Counted from the stretch's first letter, positions 1 to 14,305 are shown. The stretch is 64,000 nt of DNA from Mantamonas sphyraenae STR306 (GCA_026936335.1 JAPMXV010000043.1:372001-436000), one strand, 5' to 3'. The notes: a model not told the origin generated them from the sequence alone. A program made the numbers and translations.

Positions 1-101
1 TGTCTGTTCTTATTGTGTCTCTGCGTGCGCTCGGCACAAGTTTCCTCTCTCCCGCCCCAACCACCCAACCACCTCCTCTCATTTGCCCCGTCTCACAGCG
101 C

Positions 102-3100
102 TCACTTGCGTGCTCGTGCATGCACACTGATGACAACAGTGCCGATTTCCTGGTCCTTGCTGTCGACAAGGGCCACCTGTGTGTCGCGCAAACCATCACC
201 ACGCATCTGTACCACCGACGTGATGTCCAGTTTGGCCGTGCAGAACGGGGTCATGTCTGCGTCCTCGTCCGCCTCCTCTTCGATGTCGTCGTCAAAGAAC
301 AGCAGTTCCGTCACCATGGGTTTGTCCTCACGCACCGCTGTTTCCACCAGCTTGCGCATCATGCGGCTCGTCTTGGCATCCTTCTGCACGTCAAACGTGT
401 GCTTCAGCTCCAGGTTCACCATGCCATCGTTGTTCTTGGGCAGGTCCACAAAGTCAAACTCGTGCTTTTCGTTCACAAACGGCAGTGTCACGCCCACGCT
501 GTGCATCTTGAACTGTGCAGGATCCACCGCCATCTCCTTCAGCTCAAACGTCACACTTTGGATCTCTGGCAGCGACATTTCCTCTTCCCTTTCTCCCTCT
601 CCATTCCTTCCTGCCTCCTGTGCTTCATCCTCCGCCTCCTTGTCTTGCTTGTCCTTCAGCTGAGCAACCACGGCCGCCATTCCCTGCTCCTTGCTCTTGG
701 CCTTGGACTTCTCTTGCGCATACTCATTCCCATTCTCCTCCTCCTCCTCCTCCTCCTCTTTCTCCTCCTCTTCAGCCTTTTTCACCGGCTTGGGTGTCTC
801 CCTGCGTCCCACCAATCCCCGCTTGGGCTGCGATGGCGGACGCCTGCCACTTGCCGGCCGTGGCGGTGCCGTTCCCCCTCGTCCGCCACTCAGAGGTCGT
901 CTCAAGCTGCTGCTGCTGCTTCCACCACGCCCTGCATCAGTGCCACCCATTCGTCCCCTGGGTGGAGGCAATGCACGCGACGAGGAGGACGAGGACGATG
1001 GTTGCACCTCCTGCACCTCCTGCACCTCCTCGTCCAAGCCTGTGTCTGCACCATCGAGGTCATCGTACGTCGTGTCGTCGTCCCCTTGGCGGCCTTCCTC
1101 CCTGTCCAGCTGCTGCACCCTGCGTGGCGGCGGTGCACGTGGATGATGCCCAGCAAGTTGATCAGGATGGGTTGCCTGGCTTGCCAGGGCGTGTTCCAAC
1201 TCCTGCTTGCGCTGTGCGTTGACGTCGGTGCGACGAAACTCGACGCTGATGCGAATGGTGCCGTTGCGCTTGTCGTCAGCATCCATGATGGGATACTCGC
1301 TGGTGATGGACCCCTCCGTGAGCAGCATGGACAGATCCACCTCGGCCGTGCCAAAGTAAAACTCCGGGTCCGGGTCGTTGTCGTCAAACACATGCACCTC
1401 CAGCTTCTGCGTGCGCAGGTGGTGCTCAAACTGGTCGGTGACCTGCACGGGGAACCGTTTCGTGTCACGCATGACCGGACTGTCACCCTCGGGCGCCACC
1501 TCGGTGGCATACTCTGCATAGTGGTAGAACTGGTAGACAGCATACGCCGCCGCTCCCTGGCCCTTGTTGCCACTGCACTGCCGCTGCCGCTGCTGCGGCC
1601 CGCACGGGTCTTGAGACCGCGACACTCGATCAGCGAGACAAACACCTCGGTGCGATCCTCGTCGGCAATCACCACACCCACCTCGCTGCGCTTGCCCTCG
1701 CTGAGGTAGGGCAACGGCGCCTCCTCGTGGAAGGCGGTCATGTACCGAGCACGGTCGCGGTAGGCGCGTATCTTGTCGCCCATGGGCTTGAGCATGGCCA
1801 TGGACAGGCGCAGGGAACCCACGCGGCCTGCGTAGGGTTCGCTGATGCTGGTCACTGCCACCTCACGCTCCACACGTGCGCCACCGTTGCGCATGAGTTC
1901 GCGCAGGTCGATGTACGCACGTCCCACCTGGTAGTGGTTGACGCCGTGGCATCGGTTGACCTCGAGACACAGCTTGTGCTGGTCCATGAAACCCAACAGA
2001 AAGTCGTCCACCGCCACCACGTAGCGGAAGCGGTCGCCGTACGTCACCTCCAATCCCTCGCGCACCACACTCATCTGCGTGGCGTGCTCGAAAAAGTCCA
2101 CCGACACAAAGGAGGACATGCCACGCGGGAAGTGGTCGCCACTCAGGTGGCACGAGGACAGGGTGAGTTCAAACACGTTCTCGTGTTCCGCCAACACAAT
2201 GTCCAGGCCCTCCACGTCCTCGTGGGCACTGTCGGCAATGGCCATCGACGTGGATGTGTTCAACACCGCATTCTTCAGCTGCGTCTCCAGTTCCCGGATG
2301 CGCTGTGCCCGGTTTGCCAGCAACTTGTCCTTCTGTGCGTTGGTGGTGGCCATGCGCTCCTTCAACGCCGCCAACTCGCGTCGCTGGAACGCATCCTTCT
2401 CCCGCAACTGCCCATTCAGCGCCCTCTCCTGCTCCAGCAACGTTTGCAGCTTCATGATGTCGTCTGTCAGGGCCTTGAGGTCCATGTCCCGTTCGTCGAT
2501 CTGCTTGCGCAGTCCCATCATGTCGCCATCCACGCTGCCTCGCTGTTTGCTGCGCACCACATCCAGCGCCGCCATCAACTCGCCGTAGCTCACGTCCTGA
2601 CGGAACACACGCAGCTGCTCCTCCAACACACGGATCTGCTCCTGCAATCGGTCCATCTCCTTGGCACTTGCGCCTCCCTGTGCCTGTCGCGCGTTGCGCA
2701 ACTCCATCTGCAACTTGTCCACCTCGGACAACAAACCCAAATTCTGCTGCTTCGCCTCGGCCAGCTGCCGTTGGTACTCCATGATGCTCGTTTGCAACTC
2801 CTGCTCCGCCGACTTGTTGGACGTGAGGGCACTCGACAGCATCTTGCTGTGTTCGTTCTGCAGCCTGCGGATCTCCTCACGCAAATCGTGCGTAATCTCC
2901 TCCAACGCCTTGTTCTGCGCCTCCAACGGACGCAAACGCATCACTTCCTGCTCCAACTCCGTCACACGCACACGTGCCTTTTCATACAACGCATACTGAC
3001 TCGTCGACTCCTGGCCCACCATCGCCGCCGTGTCCTGCACATTTCGCAGCCGCTCCAGCTCCCCACGCAACTCTCGGATTTGTGCCTCTCGTGCCTCCAG

Positions 3101-4311
3101 GTCGCTCTGCAGTTGCATCTGTCGATACGAACTGCTCTCCCCGTGGGTGTGCACGTCCAGCCTCGAGCTATGGTTCTTTTCCAACTCCAACTTCCTGTAC
3201 CGCAGCCGCTCCTCCTCCAACTCCTTTTCGTAATGGAACTTTTGCTGTTCCATGCGAAGTGCATGCTCCTCTTCCATTGTGCTCAGTTTGCTTGCCAGTG
3301 ACTGATTCTCAGCTCGCAGAAGGTCCACCAGACGCTTCAGCTTCAGCACTTCTTCGTCATCCTCTCCCTCGTGGTCGTGTCCATGTCCTCGCCTGCGGCG
3401 TGCGATGTCGCGTCGAGTGCAAGTGTGTGAAATGTGAATGTGTGAGTGTGTGTGTGTGTGCGTGCAGTATGAACAGTGCCACTTTTTGAGTTGAGCGTTC
3501 AATCTCGCGCGCGCCGACCGTTGCCACCTACCTGGGCGAGTTCTTTCGGCGCGACCCAGGCTCGTACACCAGCGGATACAGCTTTTTGCTCCCACGCCCC
3601 TGTGTACACACGTGCAACCCATGCTCTCCGTGTCAGCAGGCGTGTGTTCCCCTCGTGTCGCTTCCCTTCTCCACGCTTACCGAATCGACCACCGGCTGCA
3701 CATAGTCGTACGGCCGCGGGCTCTGCAGCGTCGCGTTCAGCTGCTTCAGATACGACGCACGGTTCTTCAGGTGTTCGTTCTGCTTGGTGAGATTGGCCAC
3801 CTTCTTGCGCAGGTCCTTGATCAGCTCGTCTGTGTCTTTGTCGTGTTTGACTCCTGCGAGATTTTGGGACGAATCGTGAGCTCCCTGGACGCCCTTTTTG
3901 CTCCTCCCACCCTCCTTTCTCCTCGCACTCACCCTTGGCAAGCGACGTGCTGTTGCCTCCGTAGTAGTCTGTCTCATACATGGCCCGCTTCTGTGCGTCG
4001 TTCTTCACCTTGATGAACTTTGTGGCCAGCCTGAAATCCAAACGAAAAATCCGCCGTCCCGTGTCAACGTTTCCCGCTCCGAGATTTTGCCTTTCCCCGC
4101 ACCACACAGGCCTCCTTCCGCTCACACTCTGCACCTACAGCTTCAGTTTCTCGTCTTGCCGGTGGCTGTATGCCTTGAGTGCCATGTGGTCCTCGTACAA
4201 GGCCAGGTAGCGACTTTTTAGTTCGTCAATGTCGTCCACATCGCGGATGGCTGCCGCGTCGGCTGTGTGTTTGCGTGGCTCACTCGTGTCAGCCTCTACT
4301 CGGTGTGTCAT
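102..4311 (-). CDS. RPGRIP1/RPGRIP1L (NPHP8)-like ciliary transition-zone protein: coiled coil + three C2 domains; multi-exon, one frame break at ~1576
   Basis: Long coiled coil then ENVFELTLSSC..FVSVDFFEHATQMS..GRAYIDL (C2-C2_1), YAVYQFY..LEVHVFDDND..YFGTAEVDL (C2), and a C-terminal C2. Four GT-AG introns are reconstructed in frame between 3395 and 4137. The 5' start is uncertain. The apparent stop at 102 overlaps a GTGAG donor, so the gene may continue beyond position 1. Confidence 0.8.
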
Positions 4312-4603
4312 CTCTTCGCATACGGCAGTGTCTCCTCCTTCAACCTCTTTGCAACCTACACATCGACGACATGGATGACGTGGATTTTCGTTGACTGCGC
4401 GAGTGCGTCACAATTCACCCCCATGGAGGCTGAGGGAAACGTGGGCTGGGACTGGAATGCACACGTCAAGAGGCGAAGAGGGCAAAGGTGCATTCCTTGA
4501 TACGTTTTGGGATCTGTGTGTGTCCATTTCTGTCCTGCCTGCAACCACTCGAACCATCCAACAATGATGAATGTTCGTTTGTGTGAGCATTGTGTTTGAA
4601 TGC

Positions 4604-4684
4604 TCACGACATGCCACCAAAGGCGTTGTCAATGGTGACCTGCTTGCGCTTCTTTGTCTCCTGCACGGGCTCGTGCGTATGTGC

Positions 4685-4718
<34 letters not shown>

Positions 4719-6395
4719 TTCTCTCCCAGCGGAACACCGGCGCTGGGGTCGTTCTCGTGCGTGCTCAGCCCGGCCTGGTCGCGGCTACGCTTGCTCGTCT
4801 TGGTACCGTTGCTTCCGGCACCACTGCCGCTGCCCTTCTTGGGCCTTCCATTCTTGTACTTCTCTGGATTCTCAAAGATCTTCTTGTACAGGTTGACGCG
4901 TCCCGTGATCAGCTGCGTCTGCGGGAACAGCTTCCCTCCCGCCTGGAAGCCCTGCTCCTTCTTCTTGCGCTTGCGATCCTCCCCGGGCGTGTTGCCACTG
5001 CGTGGCGTCTCAAACATGCTGTTTGTCAGCTTGCCCTCCTCACGCATCTCTCGCATGCGCTCAAACGCAAGCTCCACGTCCTCCTCAATCGCCTGGTAGT
5101 TCAGGCCGTGACGCAGCACCCCCAGCAGCAACGCACGGTCGTACACCTGCTGGTCCCACCATTGCGGGAAGCTGCAACGGCCCTCCTCCACATACTTCAC
5201 TGCATAGTCCACCGCCTGGTCCAACGCATCGTGGTCCACCGGCCCAAACGGTGTCACCAGCATCTTTTCACGCAGCACCTGCATGATTTCCACCGTGTCG
5301 ATCAGTCGCTGCGCTGGCACAGAGCCCACGCTGATCAGTTTGTACCAGCCCAGGTAGTGCGGATCGCTGCGTTCCATCTCCTCCCCCTCCTGCTCTTCCT
5401 CCTCCGTTCGTACACGTCGTTTGCCCTTCTTACGATCCTCACTCAGCTCCTCCACCTCCATGCTGGCCTGTTTGGCCACCCTCGCTGCCTCTGCCGCCTC
5501 CGACGACGAAGCCGACGGCGACGCCGCAAGCTTTGCCGCTCGTTTCTTTGCCGCCGCCGCATCCTTCTTCATCTGCTCCAGCACACGCTTGGCCTCCACC
5601 CGCTCTTCGCACTTTTCCTGCATGCGTGCACCCACCATCTCCAGCAGTGTCACCGGTTTGGAGTACATCGACACCTGGCGCTGCATCTCGGCGTACGTCC
5701 ACAGCGGGAACGTGATCGACTCCCGCATCACTGGCGACGCAGGCAGGTTGCGGTCGTCCTCCGACTGCACCCACAGCACACACCGGAAGGGCATCTCCGG
5801 GTGGCGCTGCAACACCAGGTCGCGTCGCGGATCACTGGCCGGCATCTGTTCCAGCTGCTTCGTCACAAGCGCAGGGTCGCCAAACGTCGACAGCATCGTC
5901 AACGTATCCTTTGTGTCCTTCTGGAACCAGATGTTGTCGCCGTTGGTGCGCTCTCGCTTGCGTTGCCACTCCTTCTGCAGGTAACCCTCGGGACTGCGCA
6001 CAAACTGAGCCACCACACTCACGCGTCGGTTCAGCACCGCGCTGATGGGCCACTTGTACTTCAGCGACGGCTCAAAGCCCAGCGCAGCCACAAGACCGGC
6101 CTTGTCCTTGCCAAACAGCTTCTGCGCCGCTTCCACGCGCTCGTCCTGCTCGTCTTGGCTGATCAGACCCTTGCGTGCCTGGAAGCGTGCGTGCCAGGTT
6201 TCCCACGTGTCGTCCTCCCGCACCGGATCCTGACTCACCACCCCTCCGTTTGCCTGCCGTGCTGCCTTGGCCTGTGCCGCCGCCGCAACCGCAGCCGCTG
6301 CCTTGGCACTCTGCTGCTCCGTCTCCATCTCGTCCTCGTCGTCCTCCTCGTCATTGCCACCCTCGTCGTTGCTGGGTGATGCAGATGAGGAAGAG

Positions 6396-6427
<32 letters not shown>

Positions 6428-9400
6428 GGAGGAGGAGGAGGAAGAAGAAGAGGTTGCGTCCTCCTCCGTCTCCATCTTGGCTGCCTCTCGTGCTGCCTTG
6501 CGCTCCCGTTCTTCCCTGTCCTGTTTGTGCTTCCAATGCTCCTGCACACTGATTTCCATGCGGGAAAAGATGAGCTCCGGGTCGGCGCGGATGGCACCGT
6601 AGTTGCCAAAGCCATGCTTGTACACACCCTTGAGCATGTCCAAATCCATGGCCGGCGTCCACCACGACCCAGGCATGGCGTCGTCCGGAAGAATCAGCTG
6701 CTGGAAGCAAAGCGAGTCCGACGTGTTGGTCGAATCCCGTCGCGGCGTCAACTCGGCAGGCCACACCAGCAGCGCCTCGTCCGCCGCCTCCTCGTCGTCC
6801 TCGCCTTGTTGGGCCTCACCCAGCAGATCGGCTGCCGTTTGGCCCGCGGCAGGGCGCACCAGTGTCACGCCGTGCTGCTGCATGCGCAGACAGCGCAAAA
6901 AGGCGTCGCTCTCCACCGCCAGCCGCACATCCAGGATGATCTCCATGCGATACATCAGCTTGGGATGGTCGTCCATCAGCACCTCACGCACCTTGAGGTT
7001 GGAGATTTCGTCCGAGACCTCTTCCACCTCGTCGATGGGCGCCGGCAGCTGATCCTCCACCGCCACGTCGTCGGGACGGCCCTCGTCAAGCACCAGCGGC
7101 GTGCGTGTGGCACGTCGTCGTGCGTAGGCCTTGAGACGTCGGATGAGGGCGTCGTACATGCCCTTCTTGGGATGGATGCTCCAGTCGACCTCGCCTGCAA
7201 ACAGACGCTTGTCCGCCTCGTCCATCTCTGCGTCTGCCCGTCCACTCTCCTCCTCCACCTCCTGCATCTTGCTCACCACACGGCGCACCTCCTCCAGCAC
7301 CATGTCGCACATGCGCACAATCTCACGCACACTCATCTCTTGCTGCACCTCCGACGCCTGCTGCAGCTTCTCCCAGTGGCCCAGCCCATGGATCTTCATG
7401 TGTGCAATCAACGCCAGCTGCGGGTACGACTTTTGCGACGACACATAATCCGCGTGGCGTCGTCGGCTGCCCGTGTGCAGCTCCATGCTTGCGTCTGCGT
7501 ACGACGGATGGTTCAACGCCGCACGACGCATGCTCAGGGGCTCAAACGTGGCGTCCTCCAACCGCTGCTGCACCGACTCTGGAATCACCTTTTCCCAGAA
7601 CTTGTCGTCGTCCACGTCGATGTCCACGTCTGCGTCCGACGAGGTGAAGCTCACCTTGGAGAATCCGGCCAGCACGCTGTCCGACACCTGCGTGCCCGAC
7701 TCGGTCGTCACCACCTTGATGCCTCGCTTCAGGATGCTGTTGATGTCCTCCTCCACAAAGCTCTCTTCTGCAGACCCGTCGCCCTCGGCCTCCTCGCGGA
7801 ACAGATCGTACGCGCCGTACTTCAGCAACTCGTCCACATTCTCCTCAGCCACTCCCTGCCGCGACACATCCGGAGCCGCACCCTTCTTCAGCGCTTGCAG
7901 CCATTGCTGCTCCTCGGTGCCGTGGCCCTGCTCCGCATCGGCGTGGCTGGCCAGCAGCGCCTTGTCCAGACCCAGTTTGCGGCTGGCAGACACAAACATC
8001 TTTTGCTCGTACGTCTTGCGTGTGATCAAGCGGTAGATGCTCACCGGGTTCTCCTGTCCGATGCGATGTGCACGTGCCATGGCCTGGATGTCGTTCTGCG
8101 GATTCCAATCGCTGTCGTAGATGATCACCGTGTCGGCTGCCGTCAGGTTGATGCCCAGGCCGCCGGCCTTGGTGCAGATCAGAAACACAAAGCTCTGGGA
8201 GTTGGGTGCGGAGAAGCGATCGATGGCGGCCTGGCGTTCGCTGCCTCGGATGCCTCCGTCCAACCGCTCGCACTTGTATCCGCGCACGTGCAGGTAGTCC
8301 TGCAGGATGTCCAGCACACGCACCATTTGCGAAAAGATCAGCACCTTGTGGCCCGTCTCCTTCAGTTGCGGCAGCAGCTTGTCCACCAGCGCCAGCTTGC
8401 CGCTGTGTTTGATCATCAGATCGCACACCGCCTTGTCGTCGGTGGCCTGTACGCCTGCTTCCTCCAGCGCAAGATCCTCCACGCCGTCAATCAGGAACGG
8501 GTGGTTGCAACACTTGCGGATTTCCATAAAGATATTGTTGAGGTTGGCGATGTTTTTCTCTGTTGGCGGCCGACGGAGGGTGAGTGTCGTGTGTCAGTGT
8601 CTACACACGGTACGGCACAGGCACGAGTGCACGGTTGGGGCATCGTTGTGTATGTCTAGCTAGGGTGTGCGGCGGTGGGAGGTTGCGATGCAGGTATGTG
8701 ATGTGGGGAACCGGGAAACGGGAAAAAGGCAGGCGTGTGCACATACTCTTGCCAGTGAGCAGTTCGAAACCACCCTCGAGGATGCCACGGTACACCTTCT
8801 TCTGCAGGTGAGTGAGCTCCACGTCGATGATGATTTCCTCCTTGGGCGGCAACGATTTTTCCACGTTCTCTTTCATGCGGCGCAGCATGTGGTGCTCAAG
8901 CTCGGTCTTGAGCGCACGCACCTGCTGTGCATTCTCCAGGTTGCCGTACTGTGTGTGTGGTGCGCAGGCGCGACGTGTGAGTGGCTTTCTGCACGCATGC
9001 GGGGCGAAAACATGCAGGCGGAAAGTGGGCAAATTTCGGCAGCTTCTGGAAAAAAACAACACTCCAGCAACACGATGATTGGGCCGAGCGGCATGTGGCG
9101 CACATCACTCTCACAAACACAAACGTACCTTGGTCATAAATGCCTCTTCGCTCTCGTACTTTTCCGGGTGCAGGAAATTGAGCAAGCACCACAGCTCGTT
9201 GGTGTTGTTCTGCAGCGGGGTGCCTGTGAGCAGCAGCTTGCGGTGCACCTGGAAGCTGCGCAGGACCTGAGAGAAGCGCGAGGTGTGGTTCTTGAGCCGG
9301 TGTGCCTCGTCAACAATGAGGTAGCGCCAGGGGATGCCCGCGAGGTAGGCTTCGTCCTTGAGGATCATTTCGTAGGTGGTGACGAGCACGTTGAACTTGA

Positions 9401-11467
9401 GCTTGTTGCGCACCCACGCCTTGTCCGAGTTGGGAAAGGGAAACTCGAAGCGTCGGATGCGGTCGCGGCTCTTGCCGTTGCCGTGGTAGGTGACGACGTT
9501 GAGGTCTGTCCAGCCTTCAAACTCGCGCTCCCAGTTGGGGATGGTGGACAAGGGTGCCACCACGAGGAAGGGTCCGTCGATGTAGTGCACCGTGTGCAGG
9601 TAGTGCAGGATGGAGATGCTCTGGATGGTCTTGCCGAGGCCCATTTCGTCGGCCAAGATTCCGTTGCGACTCTTGTAGTACAGGAAGATGAGCCAATTGA
9701 GGCCGTCCAGCTGGTAGCCACGCAGCTGATGATTGTTGCGGAAGTGAGGTGACTCGTCCAGCTTGGCCTCCTGGAACGTCTGAGGCTTGGGCAGTGTGGA
9801 CGCAGGAATAGGACGATTGCGCTGCACAAACGACTTGACCAGCGTGTCAAAGTCGGGCACATCCTCCTCAAACTCCCAGCTGGCCTCGTCGTAGGACATG
9901 GTCTTCCACTTGATCAGGAATTGGCGTCGCTCCTCCGTGTTTGCCACAAAGCCCTCGCTGTCCTGCGTGATGGCCTGCACGTTGCGCACGGCCACAATGC
10001 GTTCCGCCTCCGTTTGGTTCTCGTACGCCTCCAGTGCCTCGGCCTCACCCTCCTCCGTGAGCATCATGAGGGTCTTTTGGAAGCGTGCGAGTTTGCGGGA
10101 CACGAAGCGGTCGCGCGGAAACTTATCCACATCCACCCAGGTGGCGTGCTGCAGGCTCTTGTTCTTCCACTTGACCAAGTACTGCTGCTTGTTGTCTCGC
10201 TTCTCCTTGTGCTTCTTGCCAGGAGACAAATGACTAAGGGCCGTGTCGGAGGTTTTCATCGCGGACGACGACGAAGAACTCTCCGCCGGGCCCCCCCCAC
10301 TCGACCCGCTCGACGACGACGAGCTGGACGCGTCTGCGACACCACTGGAGCTGGATTGCGAGGCAGCGGCGGGAGACACATGTGATGGTGTGTCCAGGGA
10401 TACGAAACGACGTGCAACGAAAAAGTCCACCTCAGGGTCGGGGTTGACGAGGACACTCATTCCGTCGGCGTCCTCGTCGACTTCCTCTTCGTCAGATGAG
10501 CTCTGGTCCCAGTCATCATACTCATCCTCTTCCTCATCTTGGCCATTGTCGTCATTGTCGTCACCTGGGGCTTGTCCTTCCTCCTCCATGGGGTCGTCGG
10601 CGTTGTTCTCTTCTTCCGAAAGCAAGTTGTTCACAAGCTTTTCTTGGACGCGGGACGAGCGGCGGGCCTCGTCCATCCAAATGGTGTGTTTGGGGATGGC
10701 GGCATGGCTTGCCGGTCGGAACTCTTGGCGCTTGTGCTTTTTGCGAGCCTCCTTGGCCTTCTTTTTCGCAACGCGTTCGGCCACCTCGGGTGCAGAGAAT
10801 CGCGACACAACCAGCGCGTCGAGTTGACGCTCCATATCGCTCGCATACGCACGTGCATACTCTGCAACGTCACTGTCTCTCCTGCCAGCGCCCTTGAGCA
10901 CAGGCACGGACATGCCATTGCTCGACGTTTGTCTTCGCACACGCGTGCGCGGGCCCTCCCGCATGCCCCGCTCGACGCCTGCGGCCGTGTCGGCTTCAGC
11001 AGCCACGTCCCCAGCATTGCTGTCCTCCTCCTCCATCTTTGCGTCGTCACCTGCTGTGACCGCTCCCTGGTATGCGAATCGGTCCAGCGACTTTACCTCC
11101 TGTGTGACACCCCAAACATGCACGGGGCACAATTTTGGGCCACAGCCGAAACAGAGCGCGCGGCAGGGTCGGTAATGAGGTGTCAGACACGTGCACAATT
11201 CGCTCAGGGCATGCCCTATATGGTAACTCGGCGTAGCGTGGACTTTGCACAGCTGGGGGCATGTTGTGGAAAGAGCCCTTTTTTTGGCGTCCGAAATCGA
11301 CTTCGCGAACGCTCCCGTCCTCCATCATCATCAACGCCCCGCCTCCCGTTTCCCGCCGCCTTGCTTACCTCGGCCAGTGCATTCCCTGTAACGCCATTGC
11401 TTTGCCTGTCGCTGCTCGAGTCTTGTCCACTGCTTTCCTCTCTCTTGGTGGTCTCCTCGATCTCCAT
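4604..11467 (-). CDS. CHD6-9/Kismet-like chromodomain helicase (4 exons)
   Basis: Two chromodomains (YLVKWKNKS, FLIKWKTMSYDEASWE), SNF2 motifs (GILADEMGLGKT, IVDEAHRLKN, LLLTGTPLQNN, DSDWNPQNDIQAMARAHRIGQ) and the CHD7-type WW..DLDMLKGVYKHGFGNY..IRADPELIF repeat. Three in-frame GT-AG introns join ORFs 11216-11467, 9111-11198, 8601-9062 and 4604-8527. Confidence 0.9.
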
Positions 11468-11793
11468 GAGCGGTCAATCGAAAAAAAAAAGTTGGTCTGG
11501 GGGCCTCGGCGTGCCGCGAGGTCCGCGTTTGTCGGAAAGGTTTTTCTTCTTGGCTGCCGAGGCTCCTGCTGTTCCATACACGTTCGAGGGTGCCGTTCAC
11601 GGTGGATCGTACACGTAGGAACGCTCAGGAACGACTGTGTGCACGGTAAACATAGGCGACCGAGCCCATGGAGCTCTGGGGCTCCACGTATTTTGTCGGC
11701 AGAACGAAGTCACGCAATTTTTTCTCCGCGTCCGGTGCCTTTCGTGTGCTGCGACCTGCAACGAGGTAAGCATTGTGAAAAGAGTACAGGGTT

Positions 11794-14091
11794 TTACTCG
11801 TCAAATGTGAGTTCGTGCTCATGGGTATCGGCACGCATGTGTGCAGAAAGGTCGCTTTGCGATGGGATGTGTGCGTGCTCGTCGTCAAAGCCAGCGACAA
11901 TCACGTCGCCATCGTCGCCACCCATGTGTTCCTCGCCGTCAAAACCGACCAAAACATGGCTCTGTGACGCTTGCTGGCTGTTTGCAGCCGCCAGTTTGTC
12001 GGAAACCTCTGTGCTGCGAGCGGTGTCGTCCTGCTGCGCATCTGCAGACGAGGCGCCTGTCTCCTTTTCGCTCGCCTGTGCCTTGTCCTCCTCGTCCTCC
12101 TGCTTGTCCTCCTTCTTCTTACGAGGATACTCGTCCTCCACGTGCTCCTCCACTTCCTTGCGCAGGGCTGCGTAGACGTCGTTGAAGAGCAGGGGCGGGC
12201 CGGAGCCGCGCAGAATGTCCACCAGCGGTTCGCCGGGGCCCAGGCGGTACAATTCGATGTCCAGCTGCAGGCCTGTGCTCTCGCTCTCGGCCTCCACGAT
12301 GAAATCCTCCTCGTGGACCTCGATGTCCAGGTCGGGCACGAGGGAACGCACAGCCTCGCTGTCCAGGGCGTCATGCAGAGCCTCGAGCAGGCTGAACACG
12401 CTCTCGTTCTTTGCAATGAAGCGTGTGAAGCGCACAATGTCGTTCTCAAACGGCTCCAGCTCCTCGATGCCCTCGGCTTCCTGCACGTTGAGCAGCGTCA
12501 TGTCGCGTGTCAGGCTGTCGTCGTCGTGAACGCCACGAAAGGTGGGAAAGTCACCCATGTCGTCGACGAGCACCACGCCAGGGTTGTGTGCCTGCCAGTT
12601 AAAGTCGGCCTGCTTCTTAAAGGTGGCAGACTGGGAGAGGTCGAAGCCAGGGTTGCCTGCTGCGCCTGCGCCTGCGCCTGCCTCGGGTCCGCTGCGGTAG
12701 ACGTCAAAGTCACCCAGGGTGCTGGACGAATCGATGCTGATCATGGAACCCATGGACATGCTCTGGTCCCAGTTGCTGCCTGCGACATCGAATCCCGTGT
12801 CAAAGGCACCCATCTGCTTCATGAGTGTTTCGCCGCGCAGCCAGGGGTCGGTCTTGACCTCGGCCATGGTCATGCGCTTCTCGGGATCGGGTTCGAGCAT
12901 GCGATTGATGAGGTTGCGCACAGCGGAGGAGTACATCTGGATGGAATCTGGGTACGGGTACTCGCCATTCTCCAGCAGCAGCTTGTACTCGTAGTTGTCT
13001 GACAGCATGCTGTTGACCTCAAACGGGTAGGAGCCAAACAGCATGGCATAAAGGATGACACCGCATGACCAGACGTCGGTGGGCGGGCCGGCGTAGCTGT
13101 TGCCGTACACGGCGGCAAACACCTCGGGGGCGGCATAGTGACGCGAACCGCCGGTGAGAGTCATCTGGTCACTCTCACCAATGCTCTGCGACAGACCAAA
13201 GTCACACAGCTTGATGTTGTCCTCTGCGTCCAGGAGCAGATTCTCCAGCTTGAGGTCGCGGTGCACCACTTGGTTCTCATGGCAGTACGACACGCCACCC
13301 ACAATCTGGGAGAAGAAATAGCGTGCTGTCTGCTCGTCAAAGCCGTTGGCGTCTGTGACACGGCCCCACAGGTCGCCTCCAGGCGCCAGCTCCATGATCA
13401 GGTAGCAGTTCTTTGCGTCCAGCATGACGTCAAACAGCTGGATGATGTTGGGATGACACAGGTTGCGCATGATGTTGATCTACATGGCGAACGATGTGGC
13501 CGATGGCGATGTGTTTGTGTCAGCCAGTGTGCCGCAAAACAGGTCCAAGCCGAGAGGGCAACCCCAACCACGCACAGGAATTCCTCACCTCGTTCTGGAT
13601 GTCCAGCTGCGTCTTTTTCAGCTCCTTCTTGGCCATGCACTTGATGGCAATCTTGCCGTCTTGCTCGTCAAAGCCGCCCACGACGAGTCCGTAGCGTCCG
13701 TACCCTGTGTGTGTGTGTGTGTGTTGTGGCGCGTGGTGGTTCTTGTCAGCGTTTTGGCTTGGCTTGTGTTTCCGGCGTAGCGGCTCTCCACCGACTCGCC
13801 TCCTCCCAGCCTTACCCAGGAAGTGCTTGGGGTAGATCTCGCCACTCTCCATCACGAGCTTCTTCTTGCCTGCGGTTGAGTGTGCGTGTGAATGTGTAAG
13901 TGTGTCTGGGGCGCGTTGCACAGGTCGTCCAAGCACGTGGGAAACCCGAAAAGCAAACGCGGTGTGCGGTGACACAACACTGCCCCCCTCCTGCTGTGCC
14001 TGTGATCACAAAACACCACCACTCCAGCCCTACCTCGCTTCTTCTTCTCCGGAACATTGTATGTGCCGCGCGGGCTTTGCAATTGCACCAT
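11794..14091 (-). CDS. CAMK-group Ser/Thr kinase (SNF1/CIPK/Chk1-like) with C-terminal KA1-like region; 4 exons
   Basis: Spliced LGYGRYG, IAIK, HRDLKLEN, DFG, YAAPE, DVWSCGVILY. C-terminal RFTRF...DILRGSGPPLLFNDVY. Three in-frame introns. Confidence 0.88.
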
Positions 14092-14305
14092 GGTGTGGGA
14101 GAGGCGTTGTGTTGTGAAAAAATCTGGGCAAACGAGAGCGTCTCGTCGAAAAGCAGGTGTCTTTGTTTCTTTTGGGGAATGTGGAATTGTCTCCCTGTGT
14201 TTGATGTGTTCCTCTATGTGTTCGTATGTGTATGTACTGCTCCTGTGTCTGTCTGCTGTCTGTGCGACGGAATGCCTGCTGCATCAAAGATTCGGCGACA
14301 CATCA

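Noticed and set aside
4583-4607. Perfect 9-bp hairpin GTGAGCATT-N7-AATGCTCAC over the CHD stop codon
   Set aside because: It is a single occurrence with no equivalent at other gene ends and no SECIS features, so it is compatible with chance.
6385-6452. Poly-Ser/acidic trinucleotide runs in coding regions and dispersed (CA)n tracts as an array or CRISPR-like structure
   Set aside because: These are simple low-complexity repeats with no repeat-spacer organisation.
11620-11773. Minus-strand ATGCTTACCTCG...CACGAA resembling the U1 snRNA 5' end
   Set aside because: It mismatches ATACTTACCTG, and I see no loop II ATTGCAC or Sm site. An Infernal search with the U1 model would settle it.
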